A DNA stretch of 25,861 nucleotides, from the NCBI GenBank assembly GCA_964563945.1, contig CAZLZF010000002.1:1-25861 (forward strand), in the 5' to 3' direction. The DNA comes from Candidatus Woesearchaeota archaeon (GTDB taxonomy: Archaea; Nanobdellota; Nanobdellia; Pacearchaeales; GW2011-AR1). The translations under genes were made by a program, and so were the position numbers. Below, in pieces: positions 1-7,383 of the stretch. Position 1 is the first letter of the stretch. Each line of letters starts with the position of its first letter. Below the pieces are notes generated by a model, which was not told the DNA's origin, made no database searches, and saw only the letters and a program-made list of their open reading frames with translations.

Positions 1-19
1 GTTAATACCCTGTTTGAAC

Positions 20-100
20 CGGATTTTTTGCACACGGCAGGGGCCGCCGGTCTTCAGGGACCCCGGTCGTGGAGATTTCGACCGCCCCTGGGGCCCTGGC
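20..100 (-). other. Putative cos / packaging-initiation region downstream of HNH
   Basis: Non-coding GC-rich tract just after the HNH stop. Minus strand reads GGGGCGGTCGAAATCTCCACGACCGGGG...ACCGGCGGCCCC...CGTGTGCAAAAAA, with an inverted repeat CGGTCG/CGACCG at 64-84. This is where cos lies in HNH-terminase cos phages. The cut site cannot be fixed from sequence alone. Confidence 0.45.
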
Positions 101-110
101 TCTCGCCGCC

Positions 111-470
111 TCAGTACCCATAGGTAGGCCTGCTGTCCTCGTCTCCTGTTTTCTTATCGTGGCAGGGCTTGCAGAGCGGCTGCCAGTTGTCCCGGTCCCA
201 GAAGAGCCTCTGGTCTCCCCGGTGGGGAACCTTATGGTCAACGACCGTTGCTTTGACGTAGCGTCCGTTCCGTTCGCACTCGGCGCAGAGAGGGTGGGCA
301 CGAAGGAAAGCCTTCGACTCCCGTCTCCACCTGCTGCCGTAGCCACGGGAAGAAGCCGACCGCACTTCCTCCGGGTGCAGGGGCAAGTGTTCGTCACAGT
401 ATTTATGTCCACTGGGGACGAGCCTTGGACAGCCCGGATGGCTGCAAGGGTGGTCAGGAAACCTTGGCAC
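111..470 (-). CDS. Phage HNH endonuclease (terminase-associated); alternative in-frame start at 545
   Basis: Motifs C-x4-C...C-x2-H, RGYGSRW, LCAEC...VVDHKVPH...NWQPLCKPCHDKKT. GTG at 470 has AAGGAGG 8 nt upstream. Confidence 0.9.
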   Translation of the reverse strand: MPRFPDHPCSHPGCPRLVPSGHKYCDEHLPLHPEEVRSASSRGYGSRWRRESKAFLRAHPLCAECERNGRYVKATVVDHKVPHRGDQRLFWDRDNWQPLCKPCHDKKTGDEDSRPTYGY

Positions 471-564
471 GGCAAACACCTCCTTCAACTTGAAGCGGAT
501 CATGTACCAGCACTGTTCCAAAGCGCCGACCTTCCTGTAAGGCATCCGCATCACCTCCGCGCAT

Positions 565-595
565 ACAAAAAGCCCAGGGGATTGCTCCCTTGGGC
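565..595 (-). terminator. Intrinsic terminator-like hairpin upstream of HNH
   Basis: Minus strand GCCCAAGGGA-GCAA-TCCCCTGGGC-TTTTTGT: 10-bp stem with one mismatch, GNRA loop, U-tract. Confidence 0.7.
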
Positions 596-603
596 CTCGT
601 TCT

Positions 604-744
604 CATGATATAAGGATAACACGTCCTGCAAGAAACATCTTACTCGATTTTGGACACTTGGGTCTTACCCTGGCGTCCTCCCGCGCTTTTCCATGATATC
701 AGTATAGCGCCTTTCGCAAGAAACATCTTATCCTGTTTTGGACA
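604..744 (-). promoter_or_regulatory. Two 53-bp direct repeats (604-656, 692-744), putative tandem activator-dependent late promoters
   Basis: Hand alignment gives 41/53 identity. Each copy on the minus strand reads TGTCCAAAA-N5-TAAGATGTTTCTTGC, then a -10-like TATACT/TATCCT, then ATATCATG. No canonical -35. Lies between the RinA/ArpU-like gene and HNH. Confidence 0.6.
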
Positions 745-1206
745 TCACGGTTTTCCGAACAGCAGAACGGTCAGCTTGTCCAGCGCGCGGTTCTTCCGCT
801 TATAGGCGGAGGACTGTTCGATCTTGAAATACTCCGACACATAGTAGGCGGCGTTGCTGCCGTAGGTATTGCCGTCCCCGTAAAAGGTCTCAAGGCAATA
901 ACGCTCATCATCGGAGAGCTGCTCCCAGGCGGGCTTGAACCAGTCCATGTATTCCATGGCCTGGCGGAAACGCTCCTTAAGAACGTCAATCTCCTCGATG
1001 ATGTTGATAAGGCGCTCCTCTCCCGCATGGGGATTGTGCGTCCTCGGCATTCCGTCATAATGGGGACCGGCAACGCTGCCCATCTTGTCGTATGCATCCT
1101 TTATCTCAGCATCGGTGTTTCGGATGATGAACTGCATGCTTTCAAAATCCTTTATGGCGGCTATGGTAGCCGACCGCTTGTCCAGATACTTCCACATAAT
1201 GCTCAT
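745..1206 (-). CDS. Phage late transcriptional activator-like protein (RinA/ArpU-like, sigma-70 region 4-type HTH)
   Basis: 153 aa from ATG 1206 (RBS GGAGG). C-terminal WEQLSDDERYCL...IEQSSAYKRKNRALDKL is HTH-like. Sits between SNF2 and HNH. Confidence 0.65.
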   Translation of the reverse strand: MSIMWKYLDKRSATIAAIKDFESMQFIIRNTDAEIKDAYDKMGSVAGPHYDGMPRTHNPHAGEERLINIIEEIDVLKERFRQAMEYMDWFKPAWEQLSDDERYCLETFYGDGNTYGSNAAYYVSEYFKIEQSSAYKRKNRALDKLTVLLFGKP

Positions 1207-1266
1207 ATGGCACTTACCTCCGTAGGTTTTATTTGTGTTCCCCCGGATTGCCATTGAGATTGTCAT

Positions 1267-2655
1267 TCAGATTGTCAGTTGCGCCTTCACCGCGGCGATA
1301 AGGTTCTGCTGGGTGGTATCCTTATGCTCCAGGGCTTTCAGGACGTCCCCGTCCACGGTATCGCGGGTAATGATGTGGTGGATGGTGACTACTTCCTTCT
1401 GCCCCTGCCGCCAAAGGCGCGCATTTGTCTGCTGGTACATTTCAAGGGACCATATAAGCGAGAACCAGATCAGGATGTGGCCGCCCTTCTGGATGTTCAG
1501 CCCGTGTCCGGCACTGGCGGGCGAGATAAGCCCCACCTGAATCTTCCCGGCATTCCAGTCCGCTATATCCGCATCGGTTTTAAGGTCTCTGGGCTGGTAT
1601 CCCTGCTCCGACAGGTATTCCCGGATTCGGCTGTGGTCGTGCTGGAACCAGTACGCCACCAGGACGTTCTGCCCGTTGGCCTGCTCGATAAGGTCCGAAA
1701 GCATCTCCAGCTTTTTGTCATGGATGATGCACATCTCTTTATTGTCGTTATAGATTGCCCCGTTTGCCATCTGCAGGAGCTTGCCGGAAAGCACCGCCGC
1801 ATTGGCGGCATCTATGGTGTCATCCTCCAGCTGCACCAGCAGTTCCGTTTTCATTTCCTCATACAGTGCCCTGTCACGCGCGTCCATGTCGACCGGGTGG
1901 TTTACCATCACGCACTCCGGCATGTCCAGATAATCCAAAGCCTTCATGGAAACGCTGATATCGGATATTTTGCTGTATATGGCTTCCTCCGCGCCTGGGA
2001 GAGGCACATAGTTGAAGACCACTCCCGTGTACGGATTCATTCCCGCCGCCTTGAAATACGCTTCCCGGTATCTGCCGATAAAGCGGCCAAGTCTCTCGCC
2101 GTTATCGATAAGAGCCGTCTCCGCCCACAGATCCATCAGCCCATTGCTGGCGGGAGTGCCAGTCAGCCCCACGATGCGCTTTATCTTCGGACGCACCTTC
2201 CGCAGGGCTTTCCACCGCTGCGACTGGTGGTTTTTGAAGGAAGATAGCTCATCGATCACCACCATATCGAACGGCCAGGGGATGCGCTTCTTTTCCAGGT
2301 AATCCACAAGCCATTTCACGTTCTCGCGGTTTATGACATAGATATCAGCCTTTTCATGCAACGCCGCCTCCCGCTGTTCTGCGCTGCCCACCATGACGGA
2401 CATCTTAAGGAAAGATGCGTGCTCCCAGTTTTCCCGCTCCTCCGGCCATACGGTTTTTGCCACTCTGAGTGGTGCTATGACCAGTACCCGACCGACATCG
2501 AAACTGTCAAACATAAGGTCAAGGATTGCGGTCAGCGATATGCAGCTTTTCCCAAGTCCCATCTCAAGTATCAGCATTGCCATCGGGTGGCTTTTCAAAA
2601 AATCCACGCAGTATTTCTGATATTTGTGTAAGTCAGTTCTTTTCATATTTCTCAT
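1267..2655 (-). CDS. Phage SNF2-family (DEAD/DEAH-like) helicase
   Basis: LEMGLGKS (motif I), VVIDELS (II), GLTGTP (III), SAGHGLNIQ (V), QQTNARLWRQGQ (VI). Start at 2655 or 2646. Confidence 0.93.
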   Translation of the reverse strand: MRNMKRTDLHKYQKYCVDFLKSHPMAMLILEMGLGKSCISLTAILDLMFDSFDVGRVLVIAPLRVAKTVWPEERENWEHASFLKMSVMVGSAEQREAALHEKADIYVINRENVKWLVDYLEKKRIPWPFDMVVIDELSSFKNHQSQRWKALRKVRPKIKRIVGLTGTPASNGLMDLWAETALIDNGERLGRFIGRYREAYFKAAGMNPYTGVVFNYVPLPGAEEAIYSKISDISVSMKALDYLDMPECVMVNHPVDMDARDRALYEEMKTELLVQLEDDTIDAANAAVLSGKLLQMANGAIYNDNKEMCIIHDKKLEMLSDLIEQANGQNVLVAYWFQHDHSRIREYLSEQGYQPRDLKTDADIADWNAGKIQVGLISPASAGHGLNIQKGGHILIWFSLIWSLEMYQQTNARLWRQGQKEVVTIHHIITRDTVDGDVLKALEHKDTTQQNLIAAVKAQLTI

Positions 2656-2872
2656 CAATCTCCTTCATCATTCTCCGAAGCAGCGCCGGGCCGTCCAGGT
2701 CTGTAAGAGTCTGGAAGTAATCGGAACAGAAGAACTTGGTGCAGCTCCTGACCTCCGATTCCGCCAGCCTGTCATTCGGGAACCTTTTCAACCGCTTATA
2801 GGCGGCCCTGAAATCCTTGGCAGCCTGCACGATGATGGCATTGGCAAGCTCCTGGTAATTCTCCTCATACAT
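2633..2872 (-). CDS. Conserved phage hypothetical protein
   Basis: 79 aa with RBS GGAG, overlapping both neighbours. The ELANAIIVQAAKDFR motif resembles small proteins of phage replication modules. Confidence 0.7.
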   Translation of the reverse strand: MYEENYQELANAIIVQAAKDFRAAYKRLKRFPNDRLAESEVRSCTKFFCSDYFQTLTDLDGPALLRRMMKEIDEKYEKN

Positions 2873-3209
2873 TCAGCTCCCTCCAGGTGATCGTCCCTAT
2901 CTTTCCGGCAGCCGTGGAGAGCTTCCCGCGGTCGATATCCTTTTCACGGATAAGACCTGCGATGATCTCCGACTGCTCACGAAGCTGGCGGATAACATCC
3001 TTATGATGTTCCTTTGCGGCTTTCAGTTCGGACTCCAGTTCCTCTATAACCTCGGCGTCATTGGAGTGCTCACATTCCCAGTCGGAAAAGTAGTCCTCCA
3101 GCCAGCGCCTTGCCTCGTCACCCGCATATTCTTCGATAAGCCAGAACAGGTCTCTCTCATCGAACAGGGTATGGTTCCTTCCGTCCTTAGTCGTTATCAC
3201 ATCTGCCAT
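2865..3209 (-). CDS. Hypothetical protein (helical / coiled-coil)
   Basis: 114 aa with GGAGGTG RBS, overlapping VRR-NUC and the next gene. Confidence 0.7.
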   Translation of the reverse strand: MADVITTKDGRNHTLFDERDLFWLIEEYAGDEARRWLEDYFSDWECEHSNDAEVIEELESELKAAKEHHKDVIRQLREQSEIIAGLIREKDIDRGKLSTAAGKIGTITWRELNV

Positions 3210-3483
3210 GCTGCACCTCCTCGATTATGGCGGGTATCTGCTCCGGGTCATCCAGCACATAGGACTGGAAGCCCAGCGCCCGTAACTGCTCCTGTCTCCA
3301 CACCTGCAAGGACCGTGGTTTCTGCCCCGGAGCCTTGACCTCCACAAATCCGATCTTCGCTTTCGGCAGAAGCACCATGCGGTCTGGCATCCCATCGGTG
3401 CCGGGCGACACCAGCTTGGGGCAGATACCGCCGTTTTCCTTTACCGCCTTCACGAGCTTCTGCTCCACCGTCTTTTCCCTCAT
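3187..3483 (-). CDS. VRR-NUC domain nuclease
   Basis: EKTVEQKL...KLVSPGTDGMPDRMVL...FVEVKAPG: standalone phage VRR-NUC PD-(D/E)xK pattern. Confidence 0.92.
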   Translation of the reverse strand: MREKTVEQKLVKAVKENGGICPKLVSPGTDGMPDRMVLLPKAKIGFVEVKAPGQKPRSLQVWRQEQLRALGFQSYVLDDPEQIPAIIEEVQHGRCDND

Positions 3484-4022
3484 GTGCGTCCCTCCCTCGG
3501 ATCAGCCAGGTCGAACGCCGCGTAATATGCGGAGTACAGATCCCGTATCGGCTTTCCCTTATAGGTAAGCGCCGTCCTGTTTCCTGCGTGTACCGCATAG
3601 CTTCCGCCATGATCGACAATCATTAACTGCATTTCATGATAGGTGCGGTACCAGACGTTCCTGGCGGAATGCTGCCACTTGTGCTTCACAAAATTCCTGC
3701 GGCGCTTGGCTCGGTTTCGCATCTTCTTTTCACGCTCTTCGGCGGCGAGGATGTCGCCCTCCATAATGCCGGCGCATATGCACCCGACACGGACGGGTTC
3801 AAAATACAGATCATTATCCATCACGTGAATGAACCGTACCTTGTCGCATCCGCATAATTCGCAGGTCCAGAGTTCGGCATCATAGTCCTCTTCCCTGACA
3901 TCCACCACGTCTATGCAGTACCAGCCTGTAAGCGGAGCGCCCCACTCTTTCAGGGTCTTAAGGCACCTCGCCAGATACTTTTTGTCCAGCCCCTCAGAGC
4001 CGTTTATCATCATCTCGGACAT
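3480..4022 (-). CDS. Hypothetical protein with probable Zn-binding motif
   Basis: 180 aa, GGAGG RBS, ATGA overlap with VRR-NUC. Contains CELCGC...H...GCICA. Confidence 0.75.
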   Translation of the reverse strand: MSEMMINGSEGLDKKYLARCLKTLKEWGAPLTGWYCIDVVDVREEDYDAELWTCELCGCDKVRFIHVMDNDLYFEPVRVGCICAGIMEGDILAAEEREKKMRNRAKRRRNFVKHKWQHSARNVWYRTYHEMQLMIVDHGGSYAVHAGNRTALTYKGKPIRDLYSAYYAAFDLADPREGRT

Positions 4023-4054
4023 AAAAAACCTCCATTCTACGGGGCTTCCCAGAC

Positions 4055-4250
4055 TTTTGTCCTTTTGTCCCTTTTGTCCCTTGTCCTGAAAATTTCAGGG
4101 TTTATATACAGATTTCTATAAATAAATAGATAGTTAAAATTGGTTTTATATAGGGTTCGGACAAAAAGGACAAAAGCTGGAAAGCCTTTATTTAAGCCGT
4201 GTTGAGCTGTCACACTCCTGGCGTGACAGGCGCGTGACAAAAGGACAAAA
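4055..4250. repeat. Iteron array flanking an AT-rich core: putative replication origin
   Basis: TTTTGTCC at 4055, 4063, 4072 plus TTGTCC at 4081. Inverted copies GGACAAAA at 4159, 4168, 4243. Variants TGTCAC 4208 and GTGACA 4223, 4234. AT-rich tract about 4088-4150. Directly downstream of, and overlapping, the 3' end of the primase-helicase gene. Confidence 0.75.
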
Positions 4251-6479
4251 CACCTGGAATGTCCTCGGATTTACCGCATACCTCGGAAGAGGCGGTCTTC
4301 CCGTAACCACTCCGCTCGGTTTCTCGCCCTTCTGTACGATATAGCCGTAATCATCAAGGAAATCCAGCACCGGCTGTATCTCCGCCACCGTCTTAAACGA
4401 CCTGCACCAGCGCATGGCGGCGCGGCGGTCAAACTCCTGCAGCTTTTTATCCACGATCATCTGAAGGATCAGGCTGGCCTGCTGGTACATGCCGTCCTCC
4501 GGCAGCACATCATATGCCGCCTGGGCATGGTTTAAAAAATACTTACCCAGCCTTATCGCCTTTTCCATCGTTTTGCCGTCCACCTCAAGGGTATCGGACA
4601 CGTCCAGGAAGTCGTGGCTTCGGAAAGTGCCTGCCCGGCACAAGAGCCCTGCGATCCTCAGTGTGTTACCTACGAGCTTTCCCGCCCAGTCAGCCATTTC
4701 CGCATACTCGTCCACAAGTTTCGGTTCGAGTTCTTCCGCAAAGGATGAAAGCAGCTTCTCCGCCTCATCCGAAAGCGTTATTACCTCGGGGCTTGCCGGA
4801 TACTCGTCCTCCAGCAGGTTTACGATCTTCTGCTCATACCGCTGATAGGAATCCTCGGTGATGGGCTTGCTGTTGTATCGCCTGCCGCCCACGTTCGATA
4901 TGGGCATGCAGTACAGGAAACGCGCCGTAAGACCTCTGCCTCTGAAGGTGGTGTTGCCCAGCACCGCCGATACCACGTTCGGCTGCGCCATCAGAAGAAT
5001 CGTCAGCGCGGGATTATTGATGCTCTCGCTGTCCCTGCCGATACGGTCAACGCGGATCGGGTCTCCCGAATAACCCTTAAGCATGACGTCGATGTTCACG
5101 TTCTTCGTATAAATGCCTGCAAGGGTATCAAAGATGCCTCCCTCACTGGAAATAAGGGCGGCGCGGCCATGGTTCGAGGATATGACCGACACCAGCTTTT
5201 CGGTTGTAATGTCATCCACATACAGCTGGAGCGGCTGTTCCTCTTCAAAGTCCGATATCTCCTGGGCGATCTTTTCCATTTCCTCCGGCTCCGCCTTGCC
5301 CTTGGCGATAGCATCCTCCAAAGCTTTCTGCTTTCGTTCCAGTATGCGTTTCTGCATACGGCTGCTCTCCACATGGGCGGCGTTGCGCTGGTTATACTGC
5401 GTCTCGAATACATTGAGCGGTTTCAGCATAAGATGCTGTACCGCAGACTTCCTTTCCGACGGCATCGCTATGACAAGCGAATAGGTATTGAGCGGTTCGA
5501 TCCAGTCAGCCTTGCCCCGGATGCAGAACTTCCCCTGCGTGCATACCGACAAGATGGAAAGCGCCACCGCTCCCGCCATATCGATAGGCGTCTGTGTGCT
5601 TTCCGCTACGGCGGCAACGTACTCCGCTATCTCGTCCGGCAGCGCGTCCACGGGAAACTGCTCCATGATGTGCCTTCCGAAAGGAATGGGATCTTCCCAC
5701 TTCGGAGGAACCTCGCCGTTATATTCCTCGGGGCTTACATACCCCGGCTGGCTTTTTATCTTTTCGTAGTACTTCCCGGCGCTCCACCAGATCTTGCCGA
5801 GTTCGCTCTCCTCAAGCGGTGGGGTGCATTTCTCCGCCTCCCGATAAAACTGCTTTTTGGATTCTTCATTATTCCCATAGCGTTTCATGGAGCGTACTGC
5901 CCACCGGAACATCGTCCTGTTCCTGCTGCCCTCGGGGATAGCGACCTCGATCTCGTCCGCCGTTACCAGCGACTCGATAGTTTCTGTGCCGTCATGCCAG
6001 ACCGCCTCTTTGGATATGCTGCCGTAAATGAAACGGCCCGCGTCCAGCGCGTTATCGTCATAGAACGGATACACCGCCCGGATGTTACGCTTAAGCGCCG
6101 CATAGCGTTCAGCGTCCTTATAGATGGATACTTCAAAATAAACATGGAAACGCGGCCTTGCGCTCTTGCCTTCCTTCTTCTTCATATGATGGCGGCTGAA
6201 GGTGATCGCATATCGGATGTCCCCGTATTCCTCCGCCAGGCTCTCCGGCGTGATCCACTCGGCGGGATCATCGGAGTGGTCGTTATCAACGTCCATCACC
6301 ACGCAGTTGGAACGGAGAAAGTTGTCCGTACCGCGATATCCGCCCTTGTACTCGGCGCAGACGTGGTCTTTTGCTATGGCGGCGATAAGCCCCGCCGCGG
6401 CCGTCACAACCTGCTTGTTCGGATACAGGCAGTTGCTCTCCACGCCGACCACATCGGCTGTATAAATGATGAGCTTCAT
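4188..6479 (-). CDS. Primase-helicase: AEP-like primase domain + PriCT-1 + DUF3987 (YfjI-like) domain
   Basis: N-terminal MDVDND (DxD), RPRFHVYF, ALDAGRF. IPEGSRNRTMF...CTPPLEESELGKIW is PriCT-1-like. C-terminal FPVDALP, AMPSERKS, DDITTEKL, SSEGGIF and GDPIRVDRIGR are DUF3987-like. ATG 6479 has a GGAGG RBS. Confidence 0.8.
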   Translation of the reverse strand: MKLIIYTADVVGVESNCLYPNKQVVTAAAGLIAAIAKDHVCAEYKGGYRGTDNFLRSNCVVMDVDNDHSDDPAEWITPESLAEEYGDIRYAITFSRHHMKKKEGKSARPRFHVYFEVSIYKDAERYAALKRNIRAVYPFYDDNALDAGRFIYGSISKEAVWHDGTETIESLVTADEIEVAIPEGSRNRTMFRWAVRSMKRYGNNEESKKQFYREAEKCTPPLEESELGKIWWSAGKYYEKIKSQPGYVSPEEYNGEVPPKWEDPIPFGRHIMEQFPVDALPDEIAEYVAAVAESTQTPIDMAGAVALSILSVCTQGKFCIRGKADWIEPLNTYSLVIAMPSERKSAVQHLMLKPLNVFETQYNQRNAAHVESSRMQKRILERKQKALEDAIAKGKAEPEEMEKIAQEISDFEEEQPLQLYVDDITTEKLVSVISSNHGRAALISSEGGIFDTLAGIYTKNVNIDVMLKGYSGDPIRVDRIGRDSESINNPALTILLMAQPNVVSAVLGNTTFRGRGLTARFLYCMPISNVGGRRYNSKPITEDSYQRYEQKIVNLLEDEYPASPEVITLSDEAEKLLSSFAEELEPKLVDEYAEMADWAGKLVGNTLRIAGLLCRAGTFRSHDFLDVSDTLEVDGKTMEKAIRLGKYFLNHAQAAYDVLPEDGMYQQASLILQMIVDKKLQEFDRRAAMRWCRSFKTVAEIQPVLDFLDDYGYIVQKGEKPSGVVTGRPPLPRYAVNPRTFQVFCPFVTRLSRQECDSSTRLK

Positions 6480-6670
6480 TCCGTGTCCTCCCATTCCTTA
6501 TATGATGAGCAGACCATGCCGTCGTCCGTGATACGCATTTCCTTAATATGTGTGCATTTGCAGTTGACGCTCCCCGCGGACTGGCAGATAGTCACGCTAC
6601 CTTGGACGATCACCCTCGGCTTATCGGCGATGTCAGCCCAGATGCACCTTTTGCATTCCGTATTTTTCAT
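6476..6670 (-). CDS. Small Cys-rich hypothetical protein
   Basis: 64 aa from ATG 6670 (GGAGG RBS), ATGA overlap with the primase start. CKRC...C...CKC...C. Confidence 0.6.
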   Translation of the reverse strand: MKNTECKRCIWADIADKPRVIVQGSVTICQSAGSVNCKCTHIKEMRITDDGMVCSSYKEWEDTE

Positions 6671-6688
6671 AAGTCCATAACCTCCGTT

Positions 6689-6727
6689 AAGGCAGACCGG
6701 TACACCCCCCGGCCTGCCTTTTTCTTT
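6689..6727. terminator. Intergenic hairpin with plus-strand T-tract
   Basis: AAGGCAGACCGG-N8-CCGGCCTGCCTT-TTTCTTT. The U-tract geometry fits plus-strand (antisense) termination; the stem pairs fully with one G-U on the minus strand. Confidence 0.45.
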
Positions 6728-6728
6728 G

Positions 6729-7061
6729 TTAATCGTCCACATCGCATCTCTGGTCGTTTAAGGCATCCTGGGCAAATTCCAGAGCCTTCATGATGGCGTT
6801 AAGCCCGGCGTCACCGCAGCAGGCCATCACAACTCCGACCTGGCGTCCCGTCTCATCCTTAACGGGGCTGAAATGGAAGTCGCCGCACTGACAGACGATG
6901 GAAAGATAAGTCCTGCCTCCGGCATCGCGGCAGATGCCGCCCTTGTACCCGGTAGTGCCTGCCTCAACAAGCAGGCCGGTATTCACTTCTGTAATCTCAC
7001 GGCAGAATGTCTCGACAGTCTCGCCGTTGATCTTCTGGATTCCTTCTTCAATCGCAAACAT
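6729..7061 (-). CDS. Conserved phage-element hypothetical protein
   Basis: 110 aa with GGAGG RBS. VEAGTTGYKGG...GGRTY motif resembles small proteins upstream of primases in such elements. Confidence 0.7.
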   Translation of the reverse strand: MFAIEEGIQKINGETVETFCREITEVNTGLLVEAGTTGYKGGICRDAGGRTYLSIVCQCGDFHFSPVKDETGRQVGVVMACCGDAGLNAIMKALEFAQDALNDQRCDVDD

Positions 7062-7383
7062 TGATCTCTTCCTCCTTTATGGCGCGCATCGGAATACCGA
7101 GCGCCTTTGCCTGGTTTATCTCGTTTCTCATGCCGCTGCTGACCGTGCCGCCGCAGACCCATATCTCCTGGCATACGGACAGGAGCCTAAGTCCTGCCGC
7201 AAGCGCCGTCTCCCGCTCCGTCTCTTCTGATATGAATGCGGGAAGGAACAGGTGAGGCGTCAGAGGAACGCATCCCCGGTCAACGGCAAGGCGGCTGTAG
7301 GCCTGCGCCTTCTTCACGTTCTTCTCCACGTCGCCTGAGTATGGCGAGCAGATATAAACGATCGGTGAGTCCTTGTTGTTCAT
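7048..7383 (-). CDS. DUF4406/DUF7768-like protein (nucleoside 2-deoxyribosyltransferase-like fold)
   Basis: VYICSPYSGDVEKN...PLTPHL...LLSVCQEIWVCG...SSGMRNEI. Confidence 0.8.
   Translation of the reverse strand: MNNKDSPIVYICSPYSGDVEKNVKKAQAYSRLAVDRGCVPLTPHLFLPAFISEETERETALAAGLRLLSVCQEIWVCGGTVSSGMRNEINQAKALGIPMRAIKEEEINVCD

Noticed and set aside
648-744. Similarity of promoter TGTCCAAAA to origin TTTTGTCC/GGACAAAA
   Set aside because: Only the 5-mer TGTCC is shared and the A-tract is on the opposite side; likely coincidental.
1279-2247. 322-aa plus-strand ORF antisense to SNF2 (likewise 13813-14805, 9142-9747 and 12823-13479)
   Set aside because: Antisense shadows of real genes with no independent support.
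4055-4086. Short tandem repeats considered as a CRISPR array or VNTR
   Set aside because: Units are 8-9 bp with no spacers. DUF2800 is Cas4-like but is a standard phage replication nuclease, and no cas genes are present.
5169-6680. 503-aa plus-strand ORF antisense to the primase
   Set aside because: Shadow ORF expected from GC-rich codon bias; no RBS or recognisable motif, and fully overlaps a well-supported gene.
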